This document shows positions 37,233 to 47,961 of a stretch of 64,000 bases of DNA, in pieces. Origin of the DNA: Chrysemys picta bellii. Taxonomy: Eukaryota. The notes beneath the pieces are model-generated. The model saw only the letters and a program-made list of their open reading frames with translations, was not told where the DNA came from and made no database searches. The translations under genes and the position numbers were made by a program. The stretch is taken from assembly GCF_011386835.1 (NCBI RefSeq), contig NC_088807.1, forward strand, positions 26,722,001-26,786,000, given 5' to 3'. Positions within the stretch are counted from its first letter, which is position 1. Each line of letters begins with the position of its first letter.

Positions 37233-37468
37233 AGCATTGGCCTCTAATGCCCGTCTGTGTGTGCTGTGGGGCAGAGCTGGAGGGGTGGGGAATCCTAGAG
37301 CCACAGCCCCCCACTTCCCTGGGGGGCAGCATGGGGCAGGATGCCCTGCTGGTGTGGGGGGCAGGGCCTGGAGTAACTGAACTCCGGTGCTGCGGCTTCG
37401 GGGCTGATGTGGGACAGCTTGGGCCCCCGCTGATGGGGATGGAGGCAGGTCCTGGCCCTGTGGGCTGC

Positions 37469-39731
37469 TCACAGCTCCCGCGGTGTCCGGCTGGCCAGAC
37501 GCAGGTTCACCTCCACGGGGTAATGGTCGCTGACCTGCAGGGCCTGGGGTGGGGGGGTTAAATTGCTGGGGTGGGTCAAGGGGTGTGCACCCCACTGCCC
37601 TCCCCAAGCTGGAAGAGAACCCAGGAGCCTTTGTTCTCAGCCCCCCTCCCAGGAGTCCTGGGCCTACCCACTTCTCTCGGGTCTGGATGCTATCTGAGGG
37701 AGTGACACACCTCCTTCCCCCCCCACCCCCGGCCGGGGGGCCCCCATCTCTGCTCCCTTCCTCCCCCCTTGTCGGGCCCGGGGGCAGTGGGGGGGTCATT
37801 CCCAGATGCCAGGGTCCTCTCACCTCCTCCTCCGACAGCCCCAGGCTCCTGGCAAAGTTATAGGCTTTGGCTGAGCCGGGCACCACAGCTCTGAGCAGCT
37901 CGTCCCCCTGGACCACGATCCTGGGGGGCAGAGAGGGGGTGAGGGGGGAGCTGTCCCTTAACCTGCCCCTTCCCTCTAGCTCTCTCTAGCCCCCCTCACT
38001 GTCAGAGCAACCCCAAGGCTGCGGGTGCAGTGGGGAGAGAGGCAGCCTCCCCCCCCACTCCTTTCCCCCAGGGTTAACCGATAACCTCTGCCGGGGCTCT
38101 CTGCTCCCCCAGTACTCCCTGCCATGCACAGACCCCCACCTACTCCCCCCGGGCTGCCCCAGTACCTGTCGTAGGCACAGTGGGTCTGGGTTCGCACGGT
38201 GGTGTTGACGCTGTCCCCGATCAGCCAGTGGAAGCGGGGATCCCAGCGCAGCTGGATGGACCCCCAGGCACTGGGGGGGACATAGACCCCCCCTGCATTT
38301 AAGTCCCCCAGCACCATCACGTTCTGGTGAGGACAGAGAACAAGATGAGTGCCCGGTCACCTGGGTCCTGTTCCCCCTTCACCCCCACCCCCAGGGCCTG
38401 GGAACTGTCCCAGATGCCTGGGGCCCCATCCCCATTCTCTCTCCTTCCCTCCTGGTCACCTGGGTCCTGTTCCCCCTTCACCCCCACCTGCCAGGGCCTG
38501 GGGCCCCATTCTCTCTCCTGGTCACCTGGGTCCTGTTCCCCTTCACCCCCACCCCATCCCCCAGGGCCTGGGAGCTGCAAGGGAACTGTCCCGGACACCT
38601 GGGTCCCATTCTCTCTGTCCTGGCCGCCTGGGTCCCATTGTTCCCCTGTACCTGGGTTCCCCAGCGCTGGCTCAGTTCCTGGCAGACCCGGTGGAGCTGA
38701 GCGATCTCGTGGGGTGCGTGCCGGGGGCTGGCATGATGCGAGAGCAGCACAAAGTCCTTGATGGCTTGGGGGAAGGGGGGGAGAGCTGTTAGTGGGGGGT
38801 ACCTGATTCCCTCCCTCAGTGTTGCTGCTGGTGCTACCCCAGCCAGGGGGCCGCTGTCCCCAGGCACAGCACGGGGGATGGGGGGGCACAGGGGGCATCC
38901 CAAAGCTGGAGAGGGAAATGGGGAGTGGGGGAGGAAGAGGGGGAGGGTGTCAGGGTGAGAGGGGACCCACCTGTGCTGGGCGCATGGAAGCGGGCGGCAA
39001 AGGGTCCTCGGGCAAAGTCTCCAGCCTCCCCAAACTGGCACCAGTCCGTGACCGTCACCAGGTCCGCCCTGCAGGAGAGCACAACGGGGTCAGGGTGGCC
39101 CCAGGGTGGGGAACAAGGCATGGGGCTTTCCCCCTAGGGGGCACTGGCAGGGATCTGGCCCCACCGTGGGGGCACAGGGGCTTGCCGGGGGTGGGGAGTT
39201 ACCGATACACGAAGACGATCTGCTCTTTGTAGGTCCCGCGGCCGAGTCTCCGGCTGCCCAGCTGGGCGTAGCTGTGGGATGGGTCGTACCTGCCCCGGGG
39301 AGAGAGTGGGGAACATCAGCGTGCTCACGCTGCCCTCTCGGCCGGGAGGGGACGTGGGAGTCCTGGGTTCCAGGCCCCCTCCCCTCCCAGCACTGGGGCG
39401 GGAACCCAGGTGTCCTGAGCGGCCCAGTACCTGTTCAGCTCCCGCAGCAGGGCCTGCACCGCCTCCCCCTTCACGTCTCGCACCTCCTGCACTGCAGCAA
39501 TGTCACAGCGCACCAGGATCTGCAAGGAGATGCCCGCTCAGTGGGGGGAGCTGGGCGCTGTCCTGGCTCCCCGTCCCCCCCATCTCCCTGAGCTGGTACC
39601 TGCACCAGTGCGCCCATCACCCGGACGTCACCCGACTTGGCCTCCCCGAAGCCGTGCGTATTGAAGGCGCAGATCTTGAAGCCGGCGCCGGCCAGGCGTA
39701 GCCCGAGCAGCAGCAGGGCCAGGGGGTGCAT
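37469..39731 (-). CDS. Deoxyribonuclease-1-like paralog, secreted type without GPI tail (282 aa)
   Basis: Exons (minus strand) 39731-39600, 39519-39431, 39289-39203, 39068-38971, 38764-38652, 38323-38166, 37920-37824, 37543-37469 total 849 nt with no frameshift. Signal peptide MHPLALLLLGLRLAGA; DNase I motifs ICAFN, QEVRD, YKE, GDLNA, CAYDR and SDHYPVE. Confidence 0.92.
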
Positions 39732-41084
39732 GGTGGGGCCCCGGGGAGCAGCAGCCAGGCAGGGACGAGGCCTGGGGGGTCTGTGTCCAGGCTGGGGCGG
39801 CCCTGCCCGCGGCTGCTCGCTGGCTGCTGAGTCACCAGCTGGGGCACGGGGCCCTTTGTCCCGCTGAGCCCAGCACGTGCAGGGGAGAGAATCGCCTGGG
39901 CTGGGCCTGCGGCCCCCGGGCTGGGCCCCACGTAGAACCCAGGAGTCCTGGCTCCTGACCCCCCCCCACTGCTTGCTGCTATAACCTATCACACCCCCCT
40001 CCCCTCCCAGAGCCTGGGAGAGAACCCAGGGGTCCTGGCTCCCAGCCCTGCACCCTCCCTTAGCCTGGGAGGGAGGTGGACCCGGGCTGCCCCCCAGGTG
40101 GTTTGTGGGGCGAGGGGAGGACCCGGTGCCAGCTGTCTGGGCTGGGGTTCTCCAGCCCTCTCTGGCCTGGCCCCAGCGGGCCCCCATTGGCCCTGGGTCT
40201 CGCTAGCTGCCCATTACAAGGCGCCCCCATCAACCCTGGCCAGCCGTACTTGCATTCGGCTCCCTGCCCCCCCAGGACCCCGGCCTTGGGGTGGTGCCGA
40301 CAGGACAAACCCGGAGGGGCGAGTGGGGAACGGGGGTTTTGCTCGTTCTGCCCTGAGGGTGAAAGTGACAGGAAACCTGCAGGCCAGGCAGGCCCCAAAG
40401 GGTTAAACTAGGCACCAGCTAGTGGGGGGGATCCCCTGTATACCTGGCCCCCGCCCCACTCCAGAGGTGGCTGCATCTCAGCCCGCGTGAGGGCTCCACG
40501 GATGCCTGGGGGTTCTGGGTGCGCTCGTCGCTCACCTGGAGCTTGTGTTAATGGACGCTGGCAGCCATCCTCTCACAGCTGGCTCGCGCCCCCCCCCCCC
40601 CCCCCAGCTTGGCCTGGCCTCAGGCTGGCAGCCCCGTCGCTGTGCTCTGGGTGTGGGCAGCACCTGGCACTGCTGGGGCCTGACACGATGCACCCGAATA
40701 CCCATTGCCGCAGTGGGTGCGGTGACGCCTGGCACTGAGCACAGCAATCCCCAGGCTGACACCAAAGCAGGTGCGCGGCGGGGCCGGGCGCCCAGCTCAC
40801 AGCGGGGTTAGCGCTGGCAGAGACGTAGAGTGGGGGGGATAGGCCAGTAGGAGTGAGTCAAAAGGCTGGGTCTGATCAATGAGGAAAAGCGGTGACATGG
40901 GGCGAGGACCTAGGCTAGAGACCGTACGGCCATGTGTAGGGGGCAGATGGGGGGCAGGCTAGAGGCCGTACGGCCATGCGTGGGGGGCAGACGGGGGGCC
41001 TGATAGAGGCTGTACGGCCATGCGTGGGGGGGCAGATGGGGGGTAGGGAATGTGTTGTACATCCCTTCGCGTAACATAAGCGCC

Positions 41085-41230
41085 AGGCTCAGCCAATGGC
41101 ATTAACAGGCAGGATATTTCAAACAAACTGGCGGGTGGATTTCTTCCCCCGCCACACAGTTAACCTGTGGAACTCACTGCTGCTACATGTTGTGGAGGCC
41201 AGAAGTGTAACAGGTTCAGTAAGTCCCTGG
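41085..41230 (+). mobile_element. Degraded CR1 ORF2 3' fragment
   Basis: ACACAGTTAACCTGTGGAACTCACTGC...GTTGTGGAGGCCAG resembles the CR1 segment at 19981-20030. Confidence 0.6.
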
Positions 41231-41987
41231 CAGCTGTGAGCTGGGTGGGGCCAGGACCAGCCCCCTTCTTGGGGTGTCCTTGAGCCGGGGGCCGGAGCAT
41301 CTATTGTGTGCCCTGCTCTGGAGCTGGCAGGAGTCAGGCCGGGTCTGGACGGAGCCCATCACCAGGGTGTCTGGGCAGGAAGTGAGCGCCTGGGGGGTGT
41401 CAGTGTGCAAGGGAGGAGGGGGCTGGGAGCCCGGACTCCTGGGTTCTGTCCCTGTGCCAGGAGGAGGAAATGGGCTGGGCCCCGTCCAGGCTCCGCCTCT
41501 CAGCTCTGAGGGGGCGGAGCACAGAGTGGTTCTAGCTCAGCGCCGCCCCTGCCCGCTCTCTGCTGCCACCTGGGCCTCTGCATGGAGCGGCACATGCAGA
41601 GTGGGGAGCAGTGCAGAGGCCCCCATTGGCCGGCACTGGGTGCGTGGGGCCGGGCGGCGGCCAATGGCGCAGGAAGACGGGGTATAAAGGCAGGTGTGGG
41701 TCAGGATCAGTCCAGGGCAGCCTCCCCCCGTCCGAGGGGCAATGCATGGGGGGCTAGCTGAGGAAGGTTCCTCAGGTTTGGGGGGGCCGACATGCAGACT
41801 GATCGGTCTTGTCTCCCTGCAGGTGTCAGACTCCCCCCACCACCACCCCGCCGGGCACGTGCTTTGCTTCTGTCCTGGCTCTCCACCCCCATTGGGCAGC
41901 AGCAGCAGGGACACACACACACACACACACACCCCGGTTTAAGCAGGAACCACAAAACATCTGAAAGTTCATGGAGGGGTTTAGTAT

Positions 41988-42584
41988 TGTTAGGCCCAAA
42001 AAGAAAAATTGTAGAGCAGTTATGCCAACCTAACCAGAATTAGGCCAACAGAGGTTTCTGGGTAGTCCCCGGGCAGAATCGAAGACATAGTTGTTTAAGC
42101 TGAAAAAATGAGATAAGAGGGAAGCTGCATTCCTGTACCAGATGTGCTACGAACAGTGTGCTCAGAAGATAGATTAGGAGACATACTGTCTCCACTCCCT
42201 GTTTCTGTTCTTTGTATGTTCTTGATTCCCCGTCTCCTAGTTCTGGTGCTTGTTAACCGTGCTGATAAGAAAGTTGCTGAGACGTTATGAATTGCTTAAG
42301 GCTGCTTGTATAGGGGGATAGGTATACATGAATACTAAAAGTTTCTCGCTAACAAAGGGGGGTGGGATGCGGGTTGTTTTAACTGAATCATTTATGACGC
42401 GATGGAACTATCTATATAACCCTACTAGATGTTAGAACGGTGGCTGGTTCTCTCTGGAGACGGGCCGCTCTCTATTGTTGTGTGCACTCCTCAATAAAGA
42501 GCTTGTCACCGGACCTTGCTGGTGTTGCCTGTCTCTCTGCAGTCAGACAACAAACCGTGCCGTCTGGGTTCTGAGTCCCCGACA
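41988..42584 (+). mobile_element. ERV 5' LTR (597 bp)
   Basis: TG...CA ends; TATATAA at 42413-42419; AATAAA at 42493-42498; near-identical to 47962-48554. Confidence 0.97.
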
Positions 42585-42588
42585 AATT

Positions 42589-42606
42589 TGGCGACCATGA
42601 AGGAAC
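42589..42606 (+). promoter_or_regulatory. ERV primer-binding site, tRNA-Arg type
   Basis: TGGCGACCATGAAGGAAC is 16/18 to the complement of the vertebrate tRNA-Arg(UCG) 3' end (TGGCGACCACGAAGGGAC, recalled). Confidence 0.8.
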
Positions 42607-42863
42607 TCGTCTGACTCTCCGGCGCGGGATCAGACTCTGAAGCAACGTATCGTGCATCCTCCGGTTTCGAGGAGTCTTGCCCAGTGACCTGATCCCTGTG
42701 TCGGCGATAAGGCGTGTTCTGCGAACCAGCTGAAGCCCGTAAAAATCCAGCAACGTCCACCTACCCGTTGAGTAGGATCCGGGTCTTTGAGGTTCGAGTC
42801 CCTGGAGAAGGTAAGCGATCGCTCGGCATTGAGAGGTGGGGTTCGAGTCCCTTTACTGTCTAG

Positions 42864-44378
42864 ATGGGACAATTTGGCAGTAAATGCCCGGGGGACGCCC
42901 CATTGTCTCTGATACTCAGAGATTGGAAGGGAATCTCTGGAACAACCGGTTTGGCTAAATCTAAAATGAGAAATTTATGTCAAATTCAATGGCCTTCCTT
43001 TACTGCTCGTTTGTCCCCGACTAAAGATTGGCCAAGCTGCGGAACCTTTTCCGCAGACAGGATGAATTCCTTAAGAGAGATTTTGGTTGATCTTAGACAG
43101 GGACAAATGGATTATTTATTTGTATGGTATAACTATAAACCAAACGAGGGACGTACGGCCTTTGAAGCCATTTGTATAGAAAAATCTGTTAAAACTCCCC
43201 CACCCTATGCCCCAGAAAATCAACCTGAAGAAGATGGGTATATCCCAAAGAGAGTACCGCCGAGGCGGAGCTCAAGAGCACTGGTAGAGAGTGAGAAGAC
43301 AGAGGTGAAGAGGGATGCTCAAGGAGCAGGTCCTTCCAAACCCTTAGGAGAATTCTCGGGAACTTTCATGGCACCTTTTGGGTCCCCTGTAACTACAAAA
43401 GCAGTCCAAGCTTCTTTGCGAGCTTACCCTGTTCCCCAGAGTACTGGGCAGCATCAAATGGTGCTTACTCACACTCCATTCACAACTGCAGACTTATTAA
43501 ATTGGCAGTGTTCTATGCCGCGCCTTCAAGATAACCCCGAGGTGGTAGAAAGAATGTTTCGAACCATTTTTTCTATTCATTTACCGACATGGGCAGATGT
43601 GAATCAGTTGTTGGACACCCTCTTAACCGAGGATGAACGTCAAAAGGTTAAAGAACAGACTGCGGCATTTTACCTGAGTCACCAAGGTTGGGGAATTATG
43701 CCCACCGCTGAGCCTGATTGGGATCCGAATTCGGATAGGGGCAAGAAGAGTTTGAATCAGTACCGACAAGCTATTTTGCATGGATTAATGGCAGCTGGAG
43801 AGGCTACCCCAAATTGGGGTAAGGTTACTGCATGTGTTCAACTCCCTAACGAACATCCCTCCGATTTTTGCACTCGGTTAACAAATGAGGTTAGAAAACA
43901 CAGTAACTTGGATTTAGAATCAGATTATGAAAAGAAAATGGTTAAGATAGTATTTATGGCACAGTGTGCAGAGGACATTGCAAAAAGGTTTAGGGAACAC
44001 CTGGATGGAATGCAAGGGAAAAGTTTACCTGAAGTAGTCAGTATTGCAATGCGAGTTTATAATGGGAAAGAGGAAAAGAGGGAAAAGGAAAAAAGGAAGA
44101 AAAAGCAAAAGGATGTGAAGAATCAAGTGTCCTTGGCAGTGCCCATGTCGGGAGGCAAAGGAAGGGGTCGTGGGTGGAGCCGCGGCTCCAGGGGAGGATT
44201 TGCTGGAAGGGGAAGGGGTGGTTTTAGGGGACAAGGACGCGGAGGTAGTATGGACCCGGGCTGTGATGGGTGCCACTATTGTGGTGAGGAAGGACACTGG
44301 AAAAGAGACTGTCCACACAGGCAAAGATCTGATTATAAGCCTGAGATAGTGGGTCAATTCTCTGTGGATCATGAATGA
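42864..44378 (+). CDS. gag: ERV Gag polyprotein, uninterrupted 504-aa ORF
   Basis: MGQ myristoylation start, PPPY late domain, gamma-type capsid (PDWDPN, Q.PNEHPSDFCTRL major homology region), RG-rich segment, and a single CCHC knuckle CHYCGEEGHWKRDC. Confidence 0.95.
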   Translation: MGQFGSKCPGDAPLSLILRDWKGISGTTGLAKSKMRNLCQIQWPSFTARLSPTKDWPSCGTFSADRMNSLREILVDLRQGQMDYLFVWYNYKPNEGRTAFEAICIEKSVKTPPPYAPENQPEEDGYIPKRVPPRRSSRALVESEKTEVKRDAQGAGPSKPLGEFSGTFMAPFGSPVTTKAVQASLRAYPVPQSTGQHQMVLTHTPFTTADLLNWQCSMPRLQDNPEVVERMFRTIFSIHLPTWADVNQLLDTLLTEDERQKVKEQTAAFYLSHQGWGIMPTAEPDWDPNSDRGKKSLNQYRQAILHGLMAAGEATPNWGKVTACVQLPNEHPSDFCTRLTNEVRKHSNLDLESDYEKKMVKIVFMAQCAEDIAKRFREHLDGMQGKSLPEVVSIAMRVYNGKEEKREKEKRKKKQKDVKNQVSLAVPMSGGKGRGRGWSRGSRGGFAGRGRGGFRGQGRGGSMDPGCDGCHYCGEEGHWKRDCPHRQRSDYKPEIVGQFSVDHE

Positions 44379-46307
44379 AGGGAGGCGCCGCTCCCCTGGG
44401 GCCCTGAGGTTTATGAAGCTGGAATGGTACAATTTAAGTGTGATGCTCGATTTCCAGTGGTCCCCCTAAAGGTAGGACAAAAGACTTTTGAATTATTAGT
44501 GGACACGGGGGCCACTCATTCGGCTATACCTAAGGGAGCGGCACCAAAGGGTGAAGTAGAAAAATGTGTGGTAGGAGTCACTGGAAAACCTGAATGACAT
44601 TTCATAACTAATAATTGTATGGCTACGTTAGGGCCTATATCTGTTCAGCATTCCTTTCTGTTAATGAATGGTCCAGTGAACTTACTGGGGAGAGATTTGT
44701 TGTGTAAATTGCATGCCCAAATTTCCTGTACTCCTGAAAGTATTTCCCTTCGATTCCCGGTGGAGAAAGCTTGTTTGCTAATGCAATTAGCCGGCAGCAA
44801 CTGTGAAACACTTCCCCTCCGAGTCCAAAATGAAGTGAACCCTCTAGTGTGGGGAGGAAACATGATGTGGGTCTGGTAAAATCTGCCTCACCTCTAAATC
44901 CAGTGGTAAAAAGCAATATGTCACCGCCTGCTCAGAGACAATATCCCCTTAAAATCGAGGCTATACAAGGACTTGAGTCCCTTGTGCAGAATTTTAAGAA
45001 CCAAGGAATTTTAGTGCCATGTGTCTCTCCTTGTAATACTCCCATTCTGGGTGTAAGGAAACCGCAGCTCGACTTAGACAGAAAACCTGTATATAGAATG
45101 GTGCAGGACTTAAGACTTATCAATCGGTATGTGATTCCAGAACATCCTGTGGTGCCAAACCCAAGTACTGTTTTGGCAACGGTGCCACCTGAAGCGGATG
45201 GTTTACGTGCATGGACTTAGTGAATGCTTTCTTCTCTGTACCAGTGGCCCCAGAAAAGCAGAACCTTTTTCCATTTACATGGGGGGTCCCTGGTACAGCA
45301 GGGAAAGGGGATAAAAGTCTGGACCCCCGGGACAACTTACTTGGACTAGAATGCCTCAAGGTTATGTGGAAGCACCGAGTGTGTTGCTAGGGTTTTAGCT
45401 GAGGATTTAAAGGATGTCCAGTTACCGGCTGCCTCTACCCTGGTGACGTATGTTGACGACATTCTGGTGGCTTCCAGGACTCGAGAGGATAACGAGCGTG
45501 ACTCTGTCTATTTACTCAACCAGTTGGCACTCAAAGGACATAAAGTCAGCCCCACTAAGTTGCAATGGGCCCGGCAGGAGGTAAAGTACCTCGGGTATGC
45601 ACTGGGTCCCGAAATACGTAGTCTGGATTCCAAATGGATAGAAACCATAGTTAATATCACATTTCCCACCACTAAGCGAGGTATGCGGGCTTTTATTGGT
45701 ATGATTGGATTTTGTCGCCCTTGGATTATTTCAGCTGGAGAATGGTTAAAACCTTTGCATGAACTAACCAGGGAGGAGGCTGAAGAACCTTTACATCCTA
45801 ACCCTGAGCAAATAAGAGCTTTTAAAGCACTAAAAGAATCTCTCATTCGAGCTCCTGCGTTAGGACTGCCCAATTACAGCAAGCCTTTTGATTTGTGTGT
45901 GCATGAGGTAAAAGGAGTAGCATCTGGAGTACTAACACAGTCATTTGGAAATGCCCCTAGGCCTGTGGCATACCTTTCAGGATAATGTACCTCCAACCTT
46001 TGCTCCTTTAATATCCGTTCCCAATGATACTGATATGACCAAGGAAACGGAGATCTACGTAAAAGAGTTGCAGCACCATCTAGTGACAGTTCAGCAGAAC
46101 TCTGCACATTCCCCAGCCTTACCATTGTGGGAAGCTGTTCATTCTTTGTTACCAGGTGATCCCGTGTGGGTAAAAGCATACAAGACTCCGCTTCAACCGC
46201 AGTGGCTAGGACCCTTTGAAATGCTTCTGGTGAGCCCTACTGCCATCCGAGTAAAGGAGCTACCCACCTGGTCAAAAGGAGCACCGCTAGGGAACCTGAC
46301 CGGGTAA
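44379..46307 (+). pseudogene. pol: ERV pro-pol remnant (disrupted protease and RT; RNase H and integrase core deleted)
   Basis: Protease LVDTGATHS is in frame with gag after the TGA (GAC at 44502); in-frame TGA at 44595; RT motifs QYPL, CNTPILGV, QDLRLIN, PQG and YVDD with about 4 frameshifts; at about 45985 the sequence jumps to the integrase C-terminus (QPQWLGPFEMLLVSPTA). Confidence 0.92.
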
Positions 46308-46496
46308 AGGGTTCCCTAGAAGTAGACGACGTCGGACTTGGAGGTTGCCACGCACGTTCATCCCACCGTGAACTGGCTGAACCAGAAGCAGACGACATCT
46401 GGGCCCGAGACCAGTGGACTGCTACCCCTTTGGGCGACCTGAAGCTTCAACTGCAGCTGAAAAAGCCTTAAATTGGTGGCGCTCTTTCTCGGAAGG

Positions 46497-47882
46497 ATGG
46501 CCCCGTTTTCTGGCCTGGGGTCTTACGTTTTTAATCTGTTTATTATTTGTTACCTTTCTCTTCTGGTGGTACGAAGCATGTGGCTATAGAATCTCACAGT
46601 CCTAACACCTTTATACGCCTTGCCCATGAGATGAAAGCTCGCATGCCAGCCTTACATAATACTCCATGCTGGGTATGTTCTCTGATGCCAGCGGATAGCC
46701 AAAAAGGTCTCCCTATGGTCCCTACTTCCCTCAGTGCAAGGAACATGACCTGGACTCCCTCCTGGAAGGACTCTTCAGGCACTCTAAACATAACCTGGAG
46801 TGATACTGGAATTAAGAATAAAGGGTTCTTAAATGTTTGGAGGAGACCGGGACATTGGTGCCTCTTAAAAGGACCACATGCTAATTCTAGCATTTTTGTT
46901 GGGATTAGCCAGTGCACCTGGTATTATAACACCCCCCATAGTGGACTAGCTTCTACACACACTAAGGAAGGATTTCAAATGATAAATGGTCCGGATGTCT
47001 CTTTAATTCCTAGATGGATGAAGGTAAATACCACGGCATGTTCACCTTCTTCCTCACACCTTTCCTATAACAGCTTTTCTTTACACTGTACCTGATGTTC
47101 CCCCGGACCCCATAATAGGTCCCTTTGCATATGCTCTTATCGAAATGGCCCAACCCTACCAATCGGTCCAGACTGATGGAATCGGTGGGACCGACCCCTC
47201 TTCGGGGTGTGTGGCAACAAAGCATCCCTAGTCCTCCCTCCCTCATGGAGTGGATCCTGCTATCTGGCCTGGTTAGAGCCACCTGTCGTTTATCGCGCCC
47301 ACCTCCCAAGAGGGAAAATCAGAAATGTGAGGGCTGCTGAGGAAAACGTTAAGGAATCTCGCCCCCTACCTGGCGGGCTCTAAATGATCGGACAGGCGTT
47401 TGTGCAGGATTTGGTTTTGCTTGTGGCGGAGCCACCTGGCGAATTGGAGAAGGAGTAATACAACTTCAGGGGGGTTTGGAGATAATGGCATATACTACCG
47501 CCGATGCCCTGGTGGACTTGGCACCGAACAGAGAAAACTAAGGCAGATGGTTCTCCAGAACCGCTTGGCTCTAGATATCTTACTGGCCTCTCAGGGAGGA
47601 ACATGTGCACTAATTGGGCAAGAGTGCTGCGTATATGTTCCTGATGTTTATAACGCCACCTGGGACAGAGCAAACCACCTCATACAAGTAGCAAAGGACC
47701 ATGGAGAGGAGCAGGTTAATTCTTGGTGGAGCAACCTGTTTAATTGGGTTCCAGACATAGGTGGCTGGCTTCATAATTTGCTTCGCAGCGCTGTTGTAAT
47801 TATTTGTGGCCTAATAGCTTTGTATGTTATTCTCCAATATGGGTGTTGGATAGGCACCAAGTTGTGCTCCACCCAGCAGTAA
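46497..47882 (+). pseudogene. env: ERV env remnant (frameshifted, SU shortened)
   Basis: Signal peptide MAPFSGLGSYVFNLFIICYLSLLVV, SU CWVC motif, TM immunosuppressive domain LQNRLALDILLASQGGTCALIGQECC (CX6CC), and membrane anchor; pieces lie in different frames. Confidence 0.9.
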
Positions 47883-47944
47883 TTAGTTCAAAACTCAGTA
47901 AGAGTTGCAGCCAGTATGTCCCAAGAGTCCTTTTAAGGTACTCT

Positions 47945-47960
47945 AGGGACAAAGGGGGGG
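47945..47960 (+). promoter_or_regulatory. ERV polypurine tract
   Basis: AGGGACAAAGGGGGGG immediately before the 3' LTR. Confidence 0.85.
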
Positions 47961-47961
47961 T

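Noticed and set aside
44379-44420. MLV-like readthrough pseudoknot after the gag TGA
   Set aside because: Only a short GGGAG/CTCCC stem is visible; pro is in frame with gag, but I cannot support a specific structure without folding or family alignment.
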